Assembly: GCA_036507115.1 (NCBI GenBank)
Contig: DASXQO010000116.1
Span: 1 to 62,552 of the forward strand
Source: Candidatus Eiseniibacteriota bacterium
GTDB taxonomy: Bacteria; Eisenbacteria; RBG-16-71-46; SZUA-252
Length of the DNA: 62,552 nucleotides
Reading direction: 5' to 3'
Of this stretch, positions 46,027 through 54,868 are shown in pieces; the stretch's first letter is position 1, and each line of letters starts with the position of its first letter. A model generated the notes under the pieces. That model ran no database searches. It had not been told where the DNA came from and worked only from the letters and a program-made list of their open reading frames with translations. The position numbers were made by a program, and so were the translations under genes.

Positions 46027-47320
46027 AAGCTCCCAGAACGCGCTCGAAGATTCGATTCACGTGACGCGTGAATGTCCCCGGGTCGAAACACGCGAGGAGT
46101 TTTTCCTTGCTCAGGACGCGCGTTACCTCCGGGTCCCCACCGAGCCGGGACGCCAGATCCGGCTCGGCGCGCCAGGCGGCCATGGCGTGGCGCTGGACCA
46201 CGGCGTAGGCGTCCTCGCGCGACATGCCTTTCTCGACCAGCGCGAGGAGGACCCGTTGCGAATAGATCAGGCCGCGGGTCATTTCGAGATTCGAGCGCAT
46301 GCGATCGGGGTAGACGTTCAGACCTTCGAGCACGTCGCGGAGCTGGACCGTCATGAAATCGCAGACGAGAAACGAATCGGGCAGGATGACCCGCTCCGCG
46401 CTCGAGTGGCTGATGTCGCGCTCGTGCCAGAGCGCCACGTTCTCGAGCGACGCGTGCGCGTTCGCGCGCAGCAGCCGCGCGAGCCCGCAGATCCGCTCGC
46501 AGTTCACCGGATTGCGCTTGTGCGGCATCGCGGAGGAGCCCTTCTGTCCTTCGCGGAACGGCTCCTCCACCTCGAGCACCTCGGTCCTTTGTAGGTGCCG
46601 GATCTCGAGCGCGATCTTCTCGAGCGACGCGCCGAGGAGCGCGATCGCCTGCAAGAGCTCCGCGTGGCGATCCCGCTGCACGGCCTGCGTGGCGGCGGGC
46701 TCGGGTACGAGTCCGAGCGACCCCAGCACCTCCTCCTCCAGCTCGAGGCTCAGGTGTGCGTGGGTCCCAACGGCGCCGGAGAGCTTCCCGACGCCGATGC
46801 CCGCGCGCGCCCGGGTCAGCCGCTCGAGCCCGCGGCCCAGCTCCTCGTACCAGACCAGAACTTTCAATCCGAACGTGATCGGCTCGGCGTGCACGCCGTG
46901 CGTCCGCCCCACCATGATGGTTTCCTTGTGGCGCAGCGCCAGCTCCCGGGTTACCCCGCGGAGACGCTTCACCTCGGCCGTGAGGAGATCGCACGCGCGC
47001 GTCAGGGTGAGCGCGAGCGCCGTGTCCACGAGGTCGGAGGAGGTCATCCCCTTGTGGAGGTGGCGCGCGTCCTCGCCGGCGGAATCCGCCACATGCGTCA
47101 GGAAGGCGATCACGTCGTGGCGGACCGTCTTCTCCAGCTCCTCGACGCGCGCGGGATCGATCGTGGCCCTGGAGCGTATCCGCGCGGTCACGCCGGCGGG
47201 CACCTCCCCGCGCCGCTCCATCGCGGCGCAGACGGCGAGCTCCACCTCGAGCCACGTCCGATAGCGCGCGGCGTCCTCGAAGAGGGCGGACATCTCGGGA
47301 CGGCTGTAGCGGGCGATCAA
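46007..47320 (-). CDS. purB: Adenylosuccinate lyase
   Basis: 437 aa. The N-terminus is MIARYSRPEM and the fumarate-lyase signature is SSAMPHKRNPVNCE. Confidence 0.9.
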   Translation of the reverse strand: MIARYSRPEMSALFEDAARYRTWLEVELAVCAAMERRGEVPAGVTARIRSRATIDPARVEELEKTVRHDVIAFLTHVADSAGEDARHLHKGMTSSDLVDTALALTLTRACDLLTAEVKRLRGVTRELALRHKETIMVGRTHGVHAEPITFGLKVLVWYEELGRGLERLTRARAGIGVGKLSGAVGTHAHLSLELEEEVLGSLGLVPEPAATQAVQRDRHAELLQAIALLGASLEKIALEIRHLQRTEVLEVEEPFREGQKGSSAMPHKRNPVNCERICGLARLLRANAHASLENVALWHERDISHSSAERVILPDSFLVCDFMTVQLRDVLEGLNVYPDRMRSNLEMTRGLIYSQRVLLALVEKGMSREDAYAVVQRHAMAAWRAEPDLASRLGGDPEVTRVLSKEKLLACFDPGTFTRHVNRIFERVLGAYVAAGR

Positions 47321-47324
47321 GGTC

Positions 47325-48548
47325 TCACTCCTGCAATTCCTCGAGGACGAGGCGGAGCGTCACGGGCGCGCCCTCGCGCTCGACCGTCAGGGTGATGGTA
47401 TCCCCCACGTTCGCGCCGAAAAGGGCGCGGTAGGCTTCGTCCACGTCGCTAACCGGCGTGCCGTTCACCTTGCGGATGATGTCGCCGACCTTGGCGCCCG
47501 CCTTGTCGGCCGGGCTCAACTTCTCGACCGATGCGATGTAGAGCCCGTTCCGGTCCTTCGTGCCGAGCCGCTCCGCCAAATAGGGCGTGATGTCCCAGGT
47601 TCCGACACCGATCCAGACGTTTCGAACCTTTCCGTACCGGATGATCTCGTCCACGACGCGCTTCACCGCATCGATCGGAATCGCGAACCCGATGCCCTCC
47701 GAGCCGCCGCTCTTCGTGAAGATGAACGTGTTCACCCCGATGACGTCGCCGCGCGCGTTCACCAGGGGGCCGCCGGAATTCCCGGGATTGATGGCGGCGT
47801 CGGTCTGGATCATGTTCTTGTAGATGCCGACGCCCGTGGCTCCGGCCTTGATGTCGCGCCGGGTCGCGCTGATCACGCCCGCGGTGACCGTGGGCTGCGT
47901 GTCGTTGAGCATGAACCCGAACGGGTTTCCGATCGCGACGGCCCATTCGCCGACCATCAGATCGCTCGAAGTCCCGAGCGGTGCCACCGGCAGGCGCTCC
48001 CCTTCGATCTTCACGATGGCCACGTCGTACTGCGGCTGGGAGCCGACCACCTTGCCGTTGAACGAGCGCCCGTCCGCCAGGATGACCGAGATCTTCTCGG
48101 CACCGCGCACCACGTGCTCGTTGGTGACCACGTAGCCCTTGGACGAGAAGATGAAACCCGATCCCATTCCCGGGATTTGTTCCCGGTAGCGATAGGACGG
48201 GATCACGTCACGAAAGAACGGCTCGAAGAATTCGCTCCCGAACGGCGCGGACTGGACCATACGGGTCTGGATCACGCTGATCGTGACCACCGAGGGACCC
48301 GCGCGTTCCGCGGCCTGCACGATCGCGGTCCGGCGCGTCGACCCCGGATCGCGCCGGGCCTGCGCCTCCGCCACGGCGACCGCCTCACGCCGCACGCCGC
48401 CCCCGGGCCAATCGGGCAGGAGCGCGGCTGCCCCGAAAAGGATCGCACCCAGAAGCAGAAATCCGAACACGACGCCCCAGAGCCAGGCGCTCCTGGATTC
48501 CTTCCCTCTCCAGGCCGAGCCCAGGGGGTTCCGTTCAGGCAACGACAT
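47325..48548 (-). CDS. HtrA/DegS-like serine endoprotease with one PDZ domain, N-terminally membrane-anchored
   Basis: The TM anchor is LWGVVFGFLLLGAILFGAAAL. The catalytic motifs are TNEHVV, D..., and GNSGGPLV. The C-terminal PDZ domain contains GLYIASVEKLSPADKAG. Confidence 0.85.
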   Translation of the reverse strand: MSLPERNPLGSAWRGKESRSAWLWGVVFGFLLLGAILFGAAALLPDWPGGGVRREAVAVAEAQARRDPGSTRRTAIVQAAERAGPSVVTISVIQTRMVQSAPFGSEFFEPFFRDVIPSYRYREQIPGMGSGFIFSSKGYVVTNEHVVRGAEKISVILADGRSFNGKVVGSQPQYDVAIVKIEGERLPVAPLGTSSDLMVGEWAVAIGNPFGFMLNDTQPTVTAGVISATRRDIKAGATGVGIYKNMIQTDAAINPGNSGGPLVNARGDVIGVNTFIFTKSGGSEGIGFAIPIDAVKRVVDEIIRYGKVRNVWIGVGTWDITPYLAERLGTKDRNGLYIASVEKLSPADKAGAKVGDIIRKVNGTPVSDVDEAYRALFGANVGDTITLTVEREGAPVTLRLVLEELQE

Positions 48549-49326
48549 CCAAACGCTCCTTGGGGAGCCATCCCAGCCGGGGATAGCGTACCCGCATGAG
48601 GTACACGCCGGGCGCGGGCGCCGGAGGCGCCGCGGCCCTGCGATCGCGTGCCGTGAGCGCCGCGCGGATGATCCTCGCGCCGCCCCCTTCCTCGGCGGCT
48701 CGGAGGACTGTGGAAACGATGCAGCGCACCATAGTGTACAGGAAGCGATCCGCCACGATGTCGAAACGCGTCACGAGTCCGCGCCGCGACCAAAGCACCT
48801 GCGTCACGGCGCAGCCGGAATCCTCCTCGTCCCCACCTTGTTTCGAGAACGAGGTGAAATCGTGCGCGCCGAGAAGCGGCCACGAGGCGCTTTGGAGCGA
48901 CGCCAGGTCCGCGCGGATCGGTCGCGCCCACGCGTAATGGCGGTAGAGCGCCGTGGGCCGCGAGACGATCAGATAGCGATACGCGCGCCGCATCGCGCGG
49001 AATCGGGCATGGAACCGGGGCTCCGCCTCGGCCGCCTCCACGACCCGGACGTCCCGGGGCAGATGCGCGTTCAACGCGGCGCGGAGCCTCTCCGGCGTGA
49101 GCCGGGTCTGAAGCGTGGCACTCGCCACCTGCCCCGCCGCGTGACACCCTGCATCCGTCCTCCCCGCTCCCGCGATCCGCACGCGGGTTCCGGTGACCCG
49201 CCAGATCGCCTGCTCGAGCTCGCCCTGAACCGTGCGGTCACGCGGCTGCACCTGCCATCCATGAAACCCGGTTCCGTCGAATTCGATTCCGAGCCGCACG
49301 GTGATCGTGCGCGGTTCAGAGGCCAC
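48535..49326 (-). CDS. truA: tRNA pseudouridine(38-40) synthase
   Basis: 263 aa. Matching segments are LGIEFDGTGFHGWQVQP and the catalytic-Asp motif GAGRTDAGCHAAGQVA. Confidence 0.9.
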   Translation of the reverse strand: MASEPRTITVRLGIEFDGTGFHGWQVQPRDRTVQGELEQAIWRVTGTRVRIAGAGRTDAGCHAAGQVASATLQTRLTPERLRAALNAHLPRDVRVVEAAEAEPRFHARFRAMRRAYRYLIVSRPTALYRHYAWARPIRADLASLQSASWPLLGAHDFTSFSKQGGDEEDSGCAVTQVLWSRRGLVTRFDIVADRFLYTMVRCIVSTVLRAAEEGGGARIIRAALTARDRRAAAPPAPAPGVYLMRVRYPRLGWLPKERLDVVA

Positions 49327-50101
49327 GGAGAAACCACACGGTCGCGCACGCGCTCCCCGCGATCGCTCCCCACTCCCGGGCGCCCCATTGCAACGTTAGC
49401 CCGCTCCGGCGTGCCCGCCCGGGAACGTAGCCCCGCGCGGTCAAGGCGTCAGCGTAGGCGTCGCCGACTCGAAGCATCGTCCCGAGAAAGGGCAGAAACC
49501 AGGCGAGGAGATACCGGGCCAGGCCGCGGAGTCCGCGGCCGGGACGGATGCCCCGTCCACGCAGCGCCGTCACATGCTGTTCGGCTTCCCGCAGCGCCAG
49601 CGGAAGGAGCCCCGCCGTGAGCCTTGCGCTCTCGGCGAGCAGGAGGAGGAATCGCGGCCGCGCGGGAGGCTTGAGCGCCATGAGCCAGCGCGCGATCGTA
49701 CCGAGCGCCTTCCGTGCGGCCCAGCGGAGGAGATAGAGGAGTGCCAGGAGCCGCCAGGCGATCACGGCGGCCGGGGCGAGCGCCGCTCGGAAGTCCTTCC
49801 CGGCCGCCACGACGTGCGCGAGGAATACGAGGAGGGCGAGCCCGAGGAACGGGACTTCGTTTCGCGCGGGGCGCCGCTCGGCGCGCAGGGCGAGGCAGGC
49901 GAGAAGCGCCGCGGAGGCGGCGAGGTCGATCCAGGAGCGCGCCATCGCGAGCCCGCCGCCCACGAGCGCGAGCGAGACGATCCACGCCAGAGGATGAAGC
50001 GCGCGCGTGCTGTCGGTTTTTGGATTCACGTCGTCGGATTCCGGAGAGCCGGGCACTTGCTGCGAGTCCTCCGTGCCTTCGGAGGCGGAACCGGCCTTCA
50101 C
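49316..50101 (-). CDS. ecfT: CbiQ/EcfT-family energy-coupling-factor transporter transmembrane protein (tentative)
   Basis: Polytopic membrane protein with two Ala-x-x-x-Arg-Gly coupling-helix motifs (VTALRGRGI and ALTARGYVPG). It lies immediately upstream of truA, as ecfT does in Firmicutes. The GTG start at 50101 is uncertain. Confidence 0.55.
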   Translation of the reverse strand: MKAGSASEGTEDSQQVPGSPESDDVNPKTDSTRALHPLAWIVSLALVGGGLAMARSWIDLAASAALLACLALRAERRPARNEVPFLGLALLVFLAHVVAAGKDFRAALAPAAVIAWRLLALLYLLRWAARKALGTIARWLMALKPPARPRFLLLLAESARLTAGLLPLALREAEQHVTALRGRGIRPGRGLRGLARYLLAWFLPFLGTMLRVGDAYADALTARGYVPGRARRSGLTLQWGAREWGAIAGSACATVWFLRGL

Positions 50102-50144
50102 CGCTCCGCCTGAAGCCTCACTTTACACGGAGCGGCACGCCGCG

Positions 50145-51626
50145 TCAAATCTCCCGGCGAAGCGGACGGTACCAGCCCAGGAGCGTGAGCACGAGGACGA
50201 GCCCCAGGCAGAGTCCGGTCAGCCAGTCCCCCCACAGACGGAAGAGGGTGGGGCCCGAGCCCAGGACGACTTCCCCGGTGACGAGCGCCTCCTGGAAGAG
50301 CGGGCTCCGGTGCGTCACGCGCCCCACCGGATCGATGATCATGGAAATTCCGGTGTTCGCGCATCGCGCCATGCCCATCTCTTGCTCCACGCAACGCAGG
50401 ATCGCCATGTCGGCGTGCTGGCGCGGGGCGGCGGTGGGACCGAACCATTCGTCGTTCGTGATGTTCACGAGAAACCGGGCGCCATCCACCGCATAGTCGC
50501 GCGCGAGCTCGGGGAAGATCGACTCGAAGCAGATCAGGACTCCGAAGGGGGCGCGCTTGAGCGGGAAGAGGACCGCCTTCGTGCCCGGAGTCCATTCGGC
50601 CTGTCCCAGATCGAGCTTGCCGAGAAACGGCAGGATCCCCTGGAACGGAATCCGCTCGCCGAAGGGCACGAGGTGGATCTTGTCGTACTGGAGCGCGATC
50701 GTTCCCGAGGGAAGCACGAGCCCGGCGGAATTGTGGGTGATCGGCCCGCCGCTGAGACTAAACGTCGCATCCGGATAGCCCGTGAGAAGCGGCACACCCA
50801 GCTCGCGCGTGAGATCGAAGAGCCGCTGGAGCTTCGCCGTCTCGAGCCGCACGTAGAACGGGAGTGCCGTCTCCGGCCAGATGATGAGGTCCGGCTTTGG
50901 ATCCTGCTTCACCGCCTCACGGGAGAGCCGGGCCAGAGCGCGGACGCTCCGCTCTTGATGTACGACGTCCCATTTCTCGGCGCTTCCGATGTTCGGCTGC
51001 ACGAGCGCCACCCGGACCGATTCGCCGGGACTGTGGGACCGGATCCTCGCGCGCCCCCACGCGACAGGCAGCGCGATCAGGACGATCGCGAGGACGGCGA
51101 GTGTCGCGCGGAAGAACCAGCGGCGTGACGTGATCGCGCCCGCGAAGAGCGCGTTCACGCAGACGATCCAGATGCTGAGCCCCGGCGCTCCGACGAGGGA
51201 GGCTCCCTGGATCCACGCGGGATGTTCCGCGAGCGCGTACCCCACGTTTCCCCAGGGACACCCCAGGGGTCCCGAGGACTTGAGCCACTCGGTGGCGCCC
51301 CATACCGCGGGCGCCACGACGAGCGGCGACCAGCCGGTGCGCCGGCGGATGAACCGGGCGAGCCACCCGAAGAGCGCCACGTAGAATCCGAGGTACACGG
51401 CAAGCACGAGGAGCCCCGGAAAGATGATCCAGGGTTGCGTCATCGCGGCGGCCGGGAGCCGCACGAGCCACCAGAACAGGATCGCGTTGAAGACAATTCC
51501 AGTGATCCAGGGGATCCAGGCGCCCCCGCGCGCTTTCTTGGCGAGCGCCATGGAAGGGGGCGGCCCCGTGGACTCGCGCTGCATCCAGACCAGGAGCGGG
51601 ACGAGCGCGACGAAGACCAGGATCAT
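50145..51626 (-). CDS. lnt: Apolipoprotein N-acyltransferase
   Basis: A multi-TM N-domain precedes a CN-hydrolase domain. The catalytic residues lie in WPETA (Glu), YDKIHLVPFGE (Lys) and VLICFES (Cys). Coordinates are from the first canonical ATG. The conserved first TM helix (GVLLSLAFPAPGL) is encoded in-frame upstream, at 51627..51704; see findings. Confidence 0.85.
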   Translation of the reverse strand: MILVFVALVPLLVWMQRESTGPPPSMALAKKARGGAWIPWITGIVFNAILFWWLVRLPAAAMTQPWIIFPGLLVLAVYLGFYVALFGWLARFIRRRTGWSPLVVAPAVWGATEWLKSSGPLGCPWGNVGYALAEHPAWIQGASLVGAPGLSIWIVCVNALFAGAITSRRWFFRATLAVLAIVLIALPVAWGRARIRSHSPGESVRVALVQPNIGSAEKWDVVHQERSVRALARLSREAVKQDPKPDLIIWPETALPFYVRLETAKLQRLFDLTRELGVPLLTGYPDATFSLSGGPITHNSAGLVLPSGTIALQYDKIHLVPFGERIPFQGILPFLGKLDLGQAEWTPGTKAVLFPLKRAPFGVLICFESIFPELARDYAVDGARFLVNITNDEWFGPTAAPRQHADMAILRCVEQEMGMARCANTGISMIIDPVGRVTHRSPLFQEALVTGEVVLGSGPTLFRLWGDWLTGLCLGLVLVLTLLGWYRPLRREI

Positions 51627-51699
51627 GAGTCCCGGCGCCGGAAAGGCGAGACTGAGCAGGACGCCGGACGCCGCCGCGGCAAGCGGCCCGCGGAAACGG

Positions 51700-52716
51700 T
51701 TAATGGAGCCGAACCTCGCGGCGAGCCTCTGCGGATTGGTAGATGGCGTCGATGATTCTCATGATCTGGAGTCCTTCCTCGGGGGACGCCTGCGGGCGCT
51801 CCCCCTGGGTGATGCACCGGAGAAAGTGCTCCAGCTCCAGCTCGTAGGACTGCTTGTACAGATTGCGCACGGAGTCGAGCGACGGCGTGACGTCTTTGAG
51901 CCTCCCGCCCATCTCCTTGTGGAGCCGGAACGGATGCAGGAGCGCCGCGCCCTCGGTGCCGTAGAGATTCAGATACGAGAAGTTCTTCTCGAGGAGGAGC
52001 GCCCAGCTCACTTCCAGGGTGAGGGAGGCGCCGGATTCCAGAATCAGCATCGCCGCCAGCGTGTCCTCGACGTCCTGGCGCGGGTCCCGGACGTACTTCG
52101 TGGCGGTGACCGAGGCGACTTGAGGATTTCCCAGGAGCCAGATGGAGAGGTCGAGCATCTGCACGCCGAGGTCCATCAGCACGCCTCCCCCGGAGCTCCG
52201 CTTGTTCGTGTACCACTCCGGGCCGCCCCGCTCCGTGCGATAGCGGAGCCAGCCGGTCTTCGCGTAGAAGATGTCGCCCAGCTCGCGGCGTTCCACGAAC
52301 CTTTTCAAGAGCTGCGCTTCGGCGCGGAAGCGGTTGTTCATCGCGTACATCAGCGTCTTTCCCGAACGCTTGGCGGCCTCGGCCATCATCTGGGCCTCGG
52401 ACGCGTTCCGCGCGGGAGGCTTCTCGCAGAGCACGTGCTTTCCGTAATCCAGCGCCGCGAGCGTCATCGGCGCGTGGAGGTGGTTGGGCGTGGAGACGAT
52501 CACCGCGTCCAGCTCCTCGAGCCGGAGCAGCCGCTCGTAGTCGGAGAGCGCGTGGGGAACCTTGAACCGCTCCGCGACGACGCGTGCCTTTTCGGGATCA
52601 TCGTCGCAGACCGCGAAGATCTCGACGTCCTTCATGCGCGCCAGTGCGGGCAGGTGATTGACCTGAGCGATGGCCCCGACCCCGATCAGTCCGAGGCGGG
52701 TCAAATCCTGTGACAA
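51700..52716 (-). CDS. Gfo/Idh/MocA-family oxidoreductase
   Basis: 338 aa. The Rossmann motif is LGLIGVGAIAQVNH and the EKP motif is LCEKPPA. The TTG start at 52716 has an AGGAG sequence 8 nt upstream. Confidence 0.8.
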   Translation of the reverse strand: MSQDLTRLGLIGVGAIAQVNHLPALARMKDVEIFAVCDDDPEKARVVAERFKVPHALSDYERLLRLEELDAVIVSTPNHLHAPMTLAALDYGKHVLCEKPPARNASEAQMMAEAAKRSGKTLMYAMNNRFRAEAQLLKRFVERRELGDIFYAKTGWLRYRTERGGPEWYTNKRSSGGGVLMDLGVQMLDLSIWLLGNPQVASVTATKYVRDPRQDVEDTLAAMLILESGASLTLEVSWALLLEKNFSYLNLYGTEGAALLHPFRLHKEMGGRLKDVTPSLDSVRNLYKQSYELELEHFLRCITQGERPQASPEEGLQIMRIIDAIYQSAEARREVRLH

Positions 52717-52765
52717 GGCGGGCGCTCCTGATCACCAGTGAGGAGAATCGTGAAGGCGTCGCGCG

Positions 52766-52793
52766 AGTATAGGAATACGGGACGCGAAATCAA
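52766..52793 (-). promoter_or_regulatory. Sigma70-type promoter for the oxidoreductase (and possibly lnt)
   Basis: On the minus strand the layout is TTGATT (52793..52788, overlapping the upstream stop), a 16-nt spacer, then TATACT (52771..52766). Confidence 0.55.
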
Positions 52794-53830
52794 GGCGAAT
52801 CGGGACCCAACTCGCGAAGGCGCCGCATCTTCTTCCACAAACCCTGGCGCGTCAGGCCCAGCGAACGGGCGGCGTGCGCCTTGTTGCCTCCGTGCGACTC
52901 GATCGCGCTCCGGATCAGCTCCGCCTCGTAGGCGCGTGTCCTTCCCTTGAGATCCGCGGCGCGGTCGCGCACGAGCGCCGTGCTCACGCACAGGGCTTCC
53001 CCGAGCGAGCGGCGCGTCACCCACCCTTCGCCGTCGAGCGCCTGACACGCGCGCTCGAGCGCTCCCATCAGCTCGCGGATGTTCCCCGGCCAGGAATGCG
53101 CTAGGAGGGCGGAGAGCGCATCCTCGCGGATGCCCCGCACCGGCACCTGGTCCCGGCGCGAGAGCCGGGTGAGGAAATACGCGGACAGGAGCGGGATGTC
53201 CTCGCGGCGCTCGCGGAGCGGCGGCACGGCGAGCGTGAGCACGTGGAGCCGGTAGAAGAGATCCGCGCGGAAACGGCCGGCCGAGACTTCGCTTCCCAGG
53301 TCGCGGTGCGTGGCGGCGAGAATGCGGACATCGACGCGCCTCGGGCGGGAGTCCCCGACGCGGCGCAATTCCCCTTCTTGGAGCACGCGCAGGAGGCGGC
53401 TTTGCACGGACGGGCTGGCGTCGCCGATTTCATCCAGGAAGAGGGTGCCCTGGTGCGCGGCCTCGAAGAGACCCATGCGGTCGGCGTGGGCCCCGGTGAA
53501 GGACCCGCGCGTGTGGCCGAAGAGCTCGCTTTCGACGAGGGTATCCGCGATCGCCCCGAAATTGTGCGGGACGAAGGGCGACTTCGACCTCGAGGAATGC
53601 GCGTGGAGCGCCCGCGCGACAAGCTCTTTCCCGGTGCCGGTCTCGCCCAGGATGAGCACGGTGGCGTGACTTTTCGCCAGGGCGCGGATGCGTTCCCCGA
53701 GCCGGAGGATCCCGGGGCTCAGGCCGACCAGTCCGAGCGCTTCGGCGCACGGACCAAAGCCCTCCCGCGCGAGGTGCTCGAGCGTGTGGCGCTCGGCCGC
53801 CTCGGGAGGGGATGCGGCGTCCCATCCCAC
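52790..53830 (-). CDS. Sigma-54-dependent transcriptional activator lacking an N-terminal sensor/receiver domain
   Basis: 346 aa. The AAA+ core begins about 45 residues from the N-terminus. It carries Walker A GETGTGKE, ESELFGH, the sigma54-contact loop GSFTGA, and R-finger regions. The C-terminal Fis-type HTH is GNKAHAARSLGLTRQGLWKKMRRL. Confidence 0.85.
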   Translation of the reverse strand: MGWDAASPPEAAERHTLEHLAREGFGPCAEALGLVGLSPGILRLGERIRALAKSHATVLILGETGTGKELVARALHAHSSRSKSPFVPHNFGAIADTLVESELFGHTRGSFTGAHADRMGLFEAAHQGTLFLDEIGDASPSVQSRLLRVLQEGELRRVGDSRPRRVDVRILAATHRDLGSEVSAGRFRADLFYRLHVLTLAVPPLRERREDIPLLSAYFLTRLSRRDQVPVRGIREDALSALLAHSWPGNIRELMGALERACQALDGEGWVTRRSLGEALCVSTALVRDRAADLKGRTRAYEAELIRSAIESHGGNKAHAARSLGLTRQGLWKKMRRLRELGPDSP

Positions 53831-53848
53831 GTCCCCGCCCCTTTCCCG

Positions 53849-54868
53849 CTACGCCGTGAGCTTCACCTCGCGCGGCCCCTCGAGGACGCGACCCACGCGA
53901 TGGCAGGTGTGCCCCGCCCCCGCGAGCGCGCGCTCCACCGCGGGGGCTTCCTCGCGCTTCACCACGAGAATCATACCGAGCCCCATGTTCCACACCTCGT
54001 AGGCTTCCGCTTCGCTGACCTTCCCCGCGTCGCGGAGCAAACGAAAGATGCCGGGTTGGGGCCAGCTCCCGAGCTTCACCTCCGCGGAGAGACCAGGCGG
54101 GAGCACGCGGACCAGATTCCCCGGGATGCCTCCCCCCGTGATGTGCGCCATGCCGCGCACGGTCCCCGCCGCGCGCGCGACCGCGACCTCCGGACCGTAG
54201 TACGGGTGCGGCTTCAGCAGCTCTTCGCCGACGGTCCCTCCGATCGGAAGCCGGTCGTGGACCCCGAGCCCCAGCGTATCGAAGAGGATCTTCCGGGCGA
54301 GCGAATAGCCGTTGGTGTGGAGCCCGACCGAGGAGAGCCCCAGGAGCGCGTCGCCGGCTTCGATTCCCGATCCGTCGATCCACTCCGCCTCGGACGCGAG
54401 CCCGACGATCGCACCGGCGAAATCGTAGTCGCCGGGCGCGTAGAGCCCGGGCATCTCCGCCGTCTCCCCTCCGATGAGGGCGCAGCCCACGCGGCGGCAG
54501 CCACGCGCGAGCCCCGTGACCACTTCCTCCACGCGCTTCGGGTCGAGCGTTCCCATGGCGATGTAGTCCAGGAAAAACAGCGGCTGAGCGCCGTGGACGA
54601 GGATGTCGTTTCCGCAGTGGCAGACCAGATCCTCGCCGATCGTGTCGTGCCTTCCGCTCAGGATCGCGACACGGAGCTTCGTCCCGACGCCGTCCATGCT
54701 CGCCGCGAGAAGCTTCCCGGGCGCGCCGGGAATGCGGAACGCTCCCGCGAAGGCGCCGAGATCGGCGGCCACGTTCACGTTGAAGGTGGACCGGCACAGC
54801 TCGCGGATCCGATCGACGGCCTCTTCTCCCTTCTTGATGTTCACGCCGGCGTCCCGGTAGCGGCTCAT
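53849..54868 (-). CDS. purM: Phosphoribosylformylglycinamidine cyclo-ligase (AIR synthetase)
   Basis: 339 aa. Matching segments are YRDAGVNI, SMDGVGTK, DYIAMG, GGETAEMPG and ITGGG. Confidence 0.9.
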   Translation of the reverse strand: MSRYRDAGVNIKKGEEAVDRIRELCRSTFNVNVAADLGAFAGAFRIPGAPGKLLAASMDGVGTKLRVAILSGRHDTIGEDLVCHCGNDILVHGAQPLFFLDYIAMGTLDPKRVEEVVTGLARGCRRVGCALIGGETAEMPGLYAPGDYDFAGAIVGLASEAEWIDGSGIEAGDALLGLSSVGLHTNGYSLARKILFDTLGLGVHDRLPIGGTVGEELLKPHPYYGPEVAVARAAGTVRGMAHITGGGIPGNLVRVLPPGLSAEVKLGSWPQPGIFRLLRDAGKVSEAEAYEVWNMGLGMILVVKREEAPAVERALAGAGHTCHRVGRVLEGPREVKLTA

